Below are positions 36,188 to 42,492 of a stretch of 42,492 bases of DNA, in pieces. The stretch is from Nanobdellota archaeon. Its GTDB lineage: Archaea > Nanobdellota > Nanobdellia > SCGC-AAA011-G17 > GW2011-AR17. The notes below the pieces were generated by a model that was not told where the DNA came from, ran no database searches, and saw nothing but the letters and a program-made list of their open reading frames with translations. Both the position numbers and the translations under genes were made by a program. The stretch covers positions 1 to 42,492 of the forward strand of contig JASEIA010000001.1 of NCBI GenBank assembly GCA_030018575.1, read 5' to 3'. Position 1 is the stretch's first letter; each line of letters opens with the position of its first letter.

Positions 36188-37489
36188 ATGGAACTAGGCA
36201 GCGTAGCAAGATTCAATGAATGGTGGGCAACAAATAGGGTAAATCCTCTTTTATTAAAACCCCACAAAAGGCCCCTCTTTTTTAAAATAAGCGGATATAT
36301 GAAGGACAGGCAGATTATTCTTTTAACAGGATTAAGGCGCGTTGGCAAAACTACCTTGGCTTATCAAATAATTGATGAATTGTTAAAGCAGAAAGTAAAC
36401 AGCCTCCATATAATGTATTTCTCTTTTGATGAAAAATCAGCAAATCTGGACGAGCTGATAAAGGCATATGAGGAAGGAGTGCTTAAGAAGAAAATAGGGG
36501 AAGAAAGAATATATGTTTTTCTGGATGAAATACAAAAATGCAGCGATTGGGAGAGCAGGATTAAGATATTGTATGATCTTTATCCAAATATAAAATTTAT
36601 TATAATGGGCTCAGCTTCTGTAAAAATAAGCAAGAAGGCAAAAGAAAGCCTTGCGGGAAGAATGTTTGAATTCCATCTTTGGCCTCTCTCATTTGGGGAA
36701 TTTATTGAATGGAAAGGGCTTAAGCTCTATGCAAAAAGCATAGACCTATTCCAGGAGCAGGCAATGCCCTTGTTCTCAGACTACCTGCGCAAGGGGGGCT
36801 TTCCGGAGATTATAGATGAGGAATCAGATGAAAAGATAAAGGCATATATCAAAAATAGTGTTATAGGCCAGATTATATATAGGGATTTGTCTGAAGAATT
36901 CGGGGTAAAAGACTACGAACTGCTGAATATTTTGGTAGAGTCTGTGGCAGTAAATCCCGGGATGATAATCAACTATGACGCATTAAGCAGAAACCTTAAA
37001 AGAAGCAAAACCACGATTATAAATTATCTTTTTTATCTTCAATATGCAATGCTTATTCGCTTTGTATCTAATTTCAGAGGGGGATTTCTGGTGTCTTCAA
37101 GAAAGATGAGGAAAGCCTACATATCAAATACTGCAATCTCATTTGCCTTGGCTGAAGATTTCTATTCAAATTCTTTTATGGAGAAGATGGCTGAGAACTT
37201 TGCAGTGATAGAGACAGAGGCAGGCAACTATTTTCATAACAAATATGAAGTCGATATAATCCTGAAAAAAGGAAGCAAAATAACACCCATAGAAGTTAAA
37301 TACGGAAAGCCCGATATTGGCTCTTTGCTCGGCTTTCTGGATGAATTCAAGATAAAAAACGCTGTTGTTGTGACAAAAGACATATTTGACAAAAAAACAA
37401 TTGAAGGAAAACAGATATCTTTTGTTCCGTTGTGGGCATTTTCAATCAATAAGGATGAGTATTTGAAGAAACCTTTCCAGGCAGATTAA
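36188..37489 (+). CDS. AAA_14 + DUF4143 ATPase
   Basis: GLRRVGKTT, FLDEIQ, GSAS, ESLAGR, GGFPE, EVD..PIEVK. Confidence 0.9.
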   Translation: MELGSVARFNEWWATNRVNPLLLKPHKRPLFFKISGYMKDRQIILLTGLRRVGKTTLAYQIIDELLKQKVNSLHIMYFSFDEKSANLDELIKAYEEGVLKKKIGEERIYVFLDEIQKCSDWESRIKILYDLYPNIKFIIMGSASVKISKKAKESLAGRMFEFHLWPLSFGEFIEWKGLKLYAKSIDLFQEQAMPLFSDYLRKGGFPEIIDEESDEKIKAYIKNSVIGQIIYRDLSEEFGVKDYELLNILVESVAVNPGMIINYDALSRNLKRSKTTIINYLFYLQYAMLIRFVSNFRGGFLVSSRKMRKAYISNTAISFALAEDFYSNSFMEKMAENFAVIETEAGNYFHNKYEVDIILKKGSKITPIEVKYGKPDIGSLLGFLDEFKIKNAVVVTKDIFDKKTIEGKQISFVPLWAFSINKDEYLKKPFQAD

Positions 37490-37500
37490 AGATAGCGCAT

Positions 37501-37872
37501 GCAAGATTAGACCACATTTATGTTTCTGTTAAGGATATGAAAAGGGCAATCGATTTTTATGAAGATTTGCTCGGCATAAAAACGACCCAACGCGAAGGAA
37601 ACACATGGGCTGACTTTGATTTGGGCAGGGGATTTTACCTTGGGCTGATTAACCCAAAGGTTATTAGCAATAAGCGCATTGCAGGCAATAATGCAATCCC
37701 TGTTTTTTGGGCAGATAATGTTGATGCTTTATTTAAGAAGGTAAAAAAGCATCGCGTTAATATTATCTCCAATCCGGAAAACCTTCCCTTTACAGGTTAT
37801 CCGTATCGCTGTTTTCAATGCAAGGACACAGAAGGGAATATAATAGAAATCGCTAAGTATAAGCGCAAGTGA
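37501..37872 (+). CDS. VOC/glyoxalase family protein (start uncertain)
   Basis: LDHIYVSVKDMKRAIDFY..LG; KDTEGNIIE. Confidence 0.85.
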   Translation, partial: ARLDHIYVSVKDMKRAIDFYEDLLGIKTTQREGNTWADFDLGRGFYLGLINPKVISNKRIAGNNAIPVFWADNVDALFKKVKKHRVNIISNPENLPFTGYPYRCFQCKDTEGNIIEIAKYKRK

Positions 37873-37933
37873 CGGCTATTCCCTGTCATGCCTTACAATG
37901 CTCTGCGCCTTGAGCTGTAATCCTTCTTTTTGC

Positions 37934-39295
37934 TCAGAACGCCAAGGCAAAAAGCCATGCAGGAATAAACAATATCTTTTTCTTTCCTGCTTTCTCTTCT
38001 TTAAGAATGTCTTTTGTAACAACAATCCCGGTTTCGGCATTGAATTTGCCCATGAATTGCATTATTTCATCGGCAGCATCTTCATTTATACTCTCCCTAT
38101 ATTTTGCTTCTATGGGAATTATATGCTCAAGCTCAGCTATGCAGTCAATTTCTTTGCCGCTTTCGCTCAGCCAGTAGCTGATGTCGGCGCTTATTTCTTT
38201 TTTAACCCTTGCTTCAAATACAGCCCTTGCAACCAAATTCTCAACAAGCTTTGCTTTGTCTGTTTCAGTTAGCTCATATCTGGAATTTATTGCATTTGCC
38301 ATGCCGCTGTCAATGAAGGCGATTTTGCGCTCCCTTCTCACGCTAAAATACGGCTTTTTTGAAAATACCTTAAGCTCTTTCACAAGATAAGTGTCTTCCA
38401 GCAGCCCTATGTATCTCTTTACAGTGTCAGACTTTATTCCCAGTATGGATGCAATTTTGCTATAATTCATCCGCTCTGTGGCAATGCCTGCTAATACTGA
38501 CACTAGCTCTTTTATGGATTTTATATCTCTTACATTTTCTGTTTCAAACATGTCCCTTTGAAGGGAAAGGTCTTTATAATCAATAAGCAGGCGGAATGTG
38601 TCCTCCACGTCTTTTGAAATTGTATCGGGATATCCGCCGCGGAGAATATATTCTGAAAACGCAAGCTTTATGCGGTGAATATGGGCGGCAAGAGATGAAT
38701 TAAGCTTGTTAAGCGCATTTAAATCCAGGGAGGCATTGCCTGCCTTTATCCCATATTTTGCTTCAAGAAATTCCCTGAAATTCATGGGCAGCAGCATGAA
38801 GTGGCGTATCCTCCCAAGAAGGCTCTCTCCTGAGCCTTTTAGCACCCTTAAAGATGATGAGCCCGTTACAACAAATTTGATATTAAGCCTTAAATCATGC
38901 CATTGCTTAACTTCCTCCGCCCATGTCTCAAGCTTATGGGCTTCGTCTATAAATACATAAATTTTTTTCTTAAAGCTGTCAGGCGCCTCATTTACTGCTG
39001 CTGCGCGATTGTTGATTATTTCAGTTATCACTCCCTTTGCTATCATGCTGGCTGTATCAAACTGCGCATAAATTATTCTTTCAGGCTCCACTTTGCTTTT
39101 TAGAAGGTGGCTTATTATCTCATGGATAAGCGTAGTTTTCCCGGCCTGCCTGGGGCCTATAATGGAAGTTACTTTTTTGTCTTCGATAGAGACCATAACT
39201 TTATCAAAAAGCTCACGGCGGTACTTGCCGATGTATTTTTCAGGCACATTGCCTGTTTTCCACCACGGGTTTTGAAGCGGGAGCAGGTCGTTCAT
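37934..39295 (-). CDS. AAA_14 + DUF4143 ATPase
   Basis: QNPWW, GPRQAGKTT, FIDEAH, TGSSS, GGYP, EID..PIEAKY. Confidence 0.9.
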   Translation of the reverse strand: MNDLLPLQNPWWKTGNVPEKYIGKYRRELFDKVMVSIEDKKVTSIIGPRQAGKTTLIHEIISHLLKSKVEPERIIYAQFDTASMIAKGVITEIINNRAAAVNEAPDSFKKKIYVFIDEAHKLETWAEEVKQWHDLRLNIKFVVTGSSSLRVLKGSGESLLGRIRHFMLLPMNFREFLEAKYGIKAGNASLDLNALNKLNSSLAAHIHRIKLAFSEYILRGGYPDTISKDVEDTFRLLIDYKDLSLQRDMFETENVRDIKSIKELVSVLAGIATERMNYSKIASILGIKSDTVKRYIGLLEDTYLVKELKVFSKKPYFSVRRERKIAFIDSGMANAINSRYELTETDKAKLVENLVARAVFEARVKKEISADISYWLSESGKEIDCIAELEHIIPIEAKYRESINEDAADEIMQFMGKFNAETGIVVTKDILKEEKAGKKKILFIPAWLFALAF

Positions 39296-39333
39296 AGGCA
39301 GTTTATAGCACTTTGGGTTTTTAAACTTTTCCG

Positions 39334-39381
39334 TTATAAAGGGGATGTTGGGCTCATTATCCCCTTTATAAAGGGGATAAT
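39334..39381. promoter_or_regulatory. Perfect 26-bp palindrome plus half-site upstream of the ATPase
   Basis: ATTATCCCCTTTATAAAGGGGATAAT at 39356-39381; TTATAAAGGGGAT also at 39334. Confidence 0.75.
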
Positions 39382-39386
39382 TTTGC

Positions 39387-40199
39387 CTATTTCCTGTCGT
39401 GCCTTACAATATCCTGCACTCTTAGATTATATTTCCTGCTGAGCATTTCAACCTCTTTTTTTACATTGTTGTAATACTCTTCAGGATGGTTTATTGCAAA
39501 ATCAAAGCTTTTAACAGCATCAGGGAATTCCTTTCTTATTACAGGCATCAGCCTTTCAAGGCATGCCTTTCTCATGTTCAAAAGCTCAACCCACACGTAT
39601 TCGCAGAACTGCAATGCCCCAAATATTTCTTCAAGATTTGTTATTCCGGGCAGTACAGGCGATATAAAGCCATACACATGAATACCCTCTTCTTTTGCCT
39701 CTTTCAGTGTTTTTATTCTCTCAGAAGGCGGGGAAGCCATCGGCTCTATAATTCTTGCTGTCTTGTCATTCAATGTGTTTACTGACATCCCAAGCTCTGC
39801 ATTCGACTCTTTGATTAAACCAAAATCCCTTTTAACCAAGGCGGATTTTGTGAGAATTTCCATTGTAAACTTATTTTTGCAAGGGGAGTTCGCCATTATC
39901 TCCAAAACTTTCCTTGTTAAAAACAGCTTCCCTTCTATAAGCTGGTAGCAGTCTGTAACGCTGCTCATCCATATGTGCCCTGGCTTGCTCTTTTCAAGCT
40001 CTGTCTTTAATAGCTCAGGGCAGTTTATTTTTGCGTAAACAAAATTCCCCCACTCTGCCTTTATGTCCTGAAACCTCTTTATGAAAACAGCATAGCAGTA
40101 TTTGCACCCGTGCGTACATCCCGTATAGGGGTTAATGACATAATCCGTAAGTTTGCTTTTTGCCATGCAGGCCTTGCATTTGATTTCCCTGAAGTCCAT
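39387..40199 (-). CDS. Radical SAM protein, SPL-like family
   Basis: INPYTGCTHGCKYCYA, SSVTDCYQ, ILTKS, IEP.A..P.ER. Confidence 0.88.
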   Translation of the reverse strand: MDFREIKCKACMAKSKLTDYVINPYTGCTHGCKYCYAVFIKRFQDIKAEWGNFVYAKINCPELLKTELEKSKPGHIWMSSVTDCYQLIEGKLFLTRKVLEIMANSPCKNKFTMEILTKSALVKRDFGLIKESNAELGMSVNTLNDKTARIIEPMASPPSERIKTLKEAKEEGIHVYGFISPVLPGITNLEEIFGALQFCEYVWVELLNMRKACLERLMPVIRKEFPDAVKSFDFAINHPEEYYNNVKKEVEMLSRKYNLRVQDIVRHDRK

Positions 40200-40201
40200 G
40201 T

Positions 40202-40894
40202 TTATTTCTTCCCCCAAAGCACTGCACAATTCCCCTTGTGCCAAAGGCATCTGGCATTCCTGAATCCTGCCTTCTTAAGCCATGCTGTCTGGCTGCTTAT
40301 TGAATCAGGCATATCCTCTTTCCTGTATAATGCCATCCATTTCTTTGCGCCCTTTTCTCCAAGCCTTGCAGCAAGATGCCTTTCCCATTCATGCTCAAAG
40401 TGTGACTTTTCTTTCCTGGTATTTCCGATTATCAAGTCGCCAATCACGCAGATTCCTTCTTGATTTAAGGCGCCATGCAATTTAAGGAACAATTTCTGCT
40501 TTTCTTTTTTATCCAGATGATGAATCGCCAAAACAGAAATGCAGGCATCATATTTCTGCCTTGATGAAAATTCAGCCATGTCCGCTTCTATGAACTTTAC
40601 CCGCTTTTCAAAACCTTTCAGGCGCATTTTTGCCACTGCCATCATTTTTGTCGACAAGTCAATGCCTGTTATGGATGCATTTGGAACCTTTTTCAGCAAG
40701 CCCAGCGCTGTTTCACCCGTGCCTATGCCCAACTCTAATATTTCAATCCGCTTTTTGCGGCTAAAGCTTACTGCATCAATCACTTTCCTGTGCATTTCCT
40801 CATAATACGGAAGAACAATCCTTACTTCCTTGTCATAAGTCTTGTGCTCAGAGTTGAACTGCTTTTTTACAATACTGCTGTGGACTCTGCCCAT
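40202..40894 (-). CDS. Class I SAM-dependent methyltransferase
   Basis: LELGIGTG, GIDLS, SVLAIHHL. Confidence 0.9.
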   Translation of the reverse strand: MGRVHSSIVKKQFNSEHKTYDKEVRIVLPYYEEMHRKVIDAVSFSRKKRIEILELGIGTGETALGLLKKVPNASITGIDLSTKMMAVAKMRLKGFEKRVKFIEADMAEFSSRQKYDACISVLAIHHLDKKEKQKLFLKLHGALNQEGICVIGDLIIGNTRKEKSHFEHEWERHLAARLGEKGAKKWMALYRKEDMPDSISSQTAWLKKAGFRNARCLWHKGNCAVLWGKK

Positions 40895-40909
40895 TGCATA
40901 TCTAGAGTT

Positions 40910-41000
40910 ATGGATAATTCTGCTGATTATAATACTATTTTTGCAGAATTATCCATCAGAGAATTCTGGCAAGAATGTGCTACAATTACCAGAATTCTCT
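40910..41000. repeat. Twin-hairpin element copy 3 (reverse orientation)
   Basis: Minus strand: AGAGAATTCTGG-N19-CCAGAATTCTCT G ATGGATAATTCTGC-N19-GCAGAATTATCCAT. Confidence 0.9.
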
Positions 41001-41058
41001 ATAAATCATGTATAAGAATGTTTTGGATAAGATTAAAAAATAAAAAAAAGAAAGGAGC

Positions 41059-41301
41059 TTATCTCCTTCCCGGCTTTGCCATCTTGGCTCTTGCCGCATT
41101 CATTGCCTTGTCGACATAATACAGCCAGCCCGATGCTCTCTTAAGCCCGCACTTGTGCATGACTTCCTGCTTGGGCTTTGCTTTCTTCTTTCCGCCGCCC
41201 CTTGCCATCTTGGCTCTCGCCAGGTTGCCTTTCTTGTCAATGAAGTAGAGGAATCCCTTCTCTCTCTTCATTCCCGGGTGTTTGCATAAAACTTCTCCCA
41301 T
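41059..41301 (-). CDS. Small basic protein resembling Cc1-type chromatin proteins (internal duplication)
   Basis: KREKGFLYFIDKKGNLARAKMA and KRASGWLYYVDKAMNAARAKMA; GGAGG RBS; T-tract terminator. Confidence 0.65.
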   Translation of the reverse strand: MGEVLCKHPGMKREKGFLYFIDKKGNLARAKMARGGGKKKAKPKQEVMHKCGLKRASGWLYYVDKAMNAARAKMAKPGRR

Positions 41302-41493
41302 TTTGTTTTCCTCCGTTTTTTTTGTTTAAGCATTCACGGCTTTCCGTGCTTGCCTCGTTTTTACCCCCGCATTATCGCCGAGGTTCATAGAATTATGGAT
41401 AAGCCTGTTTATAAACATTTTGGTTTTTCCGTCGGTGCGACGAGAGGGAAATAACCAGCAAGGTTTATAAACCAGTTGCCTCTCGCAAGAAGT

Positions 41494-42378
41494 ATGGTTT
41501 TTGACTGCCACGTGCATACAAGGCACAGCGGGCATTCGGAAGAGTGTAAAATCTTTGAATTAAAAGAGGAAGCTTTAAGGAAAGGCATTGAGATAAGCAT
41601 AAGGGAGCATGCGCCTTTCCCGCCTGAATTCTTTGACTTCTCAAGAAAAGGCAGCTATCATTATACAGACGGGCTTTATGCAAACATGGTTGCGCTGAAC
41701 AGGCGGAATGTGCGCGCATTCTTTGAAGAGGTCGAGGAAGCAGGCGTTTCTTTAGGGTTTGAGGTCGACATTCTTCCTGGATTTGAGGAAGGCACTGAAA
41801 GAGTTATTGAAAAACTGCAGAAGTATGCGGGATGGCACGGCGTGAAGATAGACGCTTTCAACTGCTCGCACCATCTTTACAAAGGCTACTCATGGGACGC
41901 CTCTCGTGAGGCCTTTCTTGGCGTGCTGAATTACGCAGGCGGGTTCAGGAACTTTTCAAGCTCTTATTTCTCTTCTATAAGGGCTGCTGTCAAGTCAGGG
42001 CTTTATGATGCAGTAAGCCATATTGAGCTGCCTATGAAATTTATTGAAGCCGGCTCTGAGCTTGAAAATATTGTTGAAAAATCAAAGGCGGCTTATTATT
42101 CAAAGCTTGCAGAAACACTGCTCTGCGCAAAATCCCATAATGTTGCAGTTGAATATAACACTTCAGGCATTGACAGGGCGTGCAGGAAGCCTTTCCTTTC
42201 TGGCTATGCCTTGCACTTTGCTTATCATATGGATGCGCCTTTACTGATTGGCTCTGACGCGCATAAGCTGAAAGATGTTGGCAGATATTTTGATTTTGGC
42301 GTCCGGCAGCTGAAAGAGTATGGGATACATAAATTGCATTACTTTAAGGAAAGGAAAATGGTTTCTTATAATATCTGA
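41494..42378 (+). CDS. PHP-family phosphatase (histidinol-phosphatase-like)
   Basis: DCHVHT..SGH, REHAP, GFEVD, SH, EYNTSG, GSDAH. Confidence 0.85.
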   Translation: MVFDCHVHTRHSGHSEECKIFELKEEALRKGIEISIREHAPFPPEFFDFSRKGSYHYTDGLYANMVALNRRNVRAFFEEVEEAGVSLGFEVDILPGFEEGTERVIEKLQKYAGWHGVKIDAFNCSHHLYKGYSWDASREAFLGVLNYAGGFRNFSSSYFSSIRAAVKSGLYDAVSHIELPMKFIEAGSELENIVEKSKAAYYSKLAETLLCAKSHNVAVEYNTSGIDRACRKPFLSGYALHFAYHMDAPLLIGSDAHKLKDVGRYFDFGVRQLKEYGIHKLHYFKERKMVSYNI

Positions 42379-42492
42379 AGGTGGAGCGGAGCGACCTCTG
42401 GTAAGTTGAGAAACTCGGACGGACATTGGTTAATTACCGTCATCTCCAAAATTTTTAAATCTTGCAGTTAATTCAATCAGACCAAGCAATTT

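Noticed and set aside
41407..41472. Two GTTTATAAAC palindromes with a small hairpin between them
   Set aside because: Adequately explained as TATA boxes of the divergent Cc1-like and PHP genes.
42379..42447. GC-rich stretch after the PHP gene that could fold (GGAG/CTCC, GACGG/CCGTC)
   Set aside because: I could not match it to tRNA, 5S, SRP, RNase P or a riboswitch consensus; an Rfam search is needed.

Overview
Archaeal chromosomal DNA, most consistent with a DPANN (Woesearchaeota/Nanobdellota-like) genome. This is inferred from archaeal informational genes, TATA-type promoters, multi-intron tRNAs and a tRNA-Ile(UAU). Housekeeping blocks: secE-spt5, ftsY, rps12-rps7, pop5-psmA-rrp4-rrp41-rrp42-rpoK, e-MtaB, nrdJ-cobA, a histone-fold gene, a Cc1-like chromatin protein and two tRNAs with two introns each. 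They are interleaved with small accessory modules: an HsdR remnant, a putative type II R-M pair, two MNT/HEPN pairs, an AbiE-like pair, a Schlafen/AlbA protein and two AAA-DUF4143 ATPases. No integrase, transposase or cas gene is recognisable. The most striking unexplained signals are non-coding. (i) A dispersed ~90-bp twin-hairpin element occurs in three copies with co-varying stems, and one 25-bp core is flipped between two copies. (ii) 24-bp GC-rich direct repeats bracket one- or two-gene accessory cassettes. (iii) A HEPN-MNT-histone-fold operon is bracketed by a perfect 17-bp inverted repeat. All calls come from reading motifs by eye; no searches were run.
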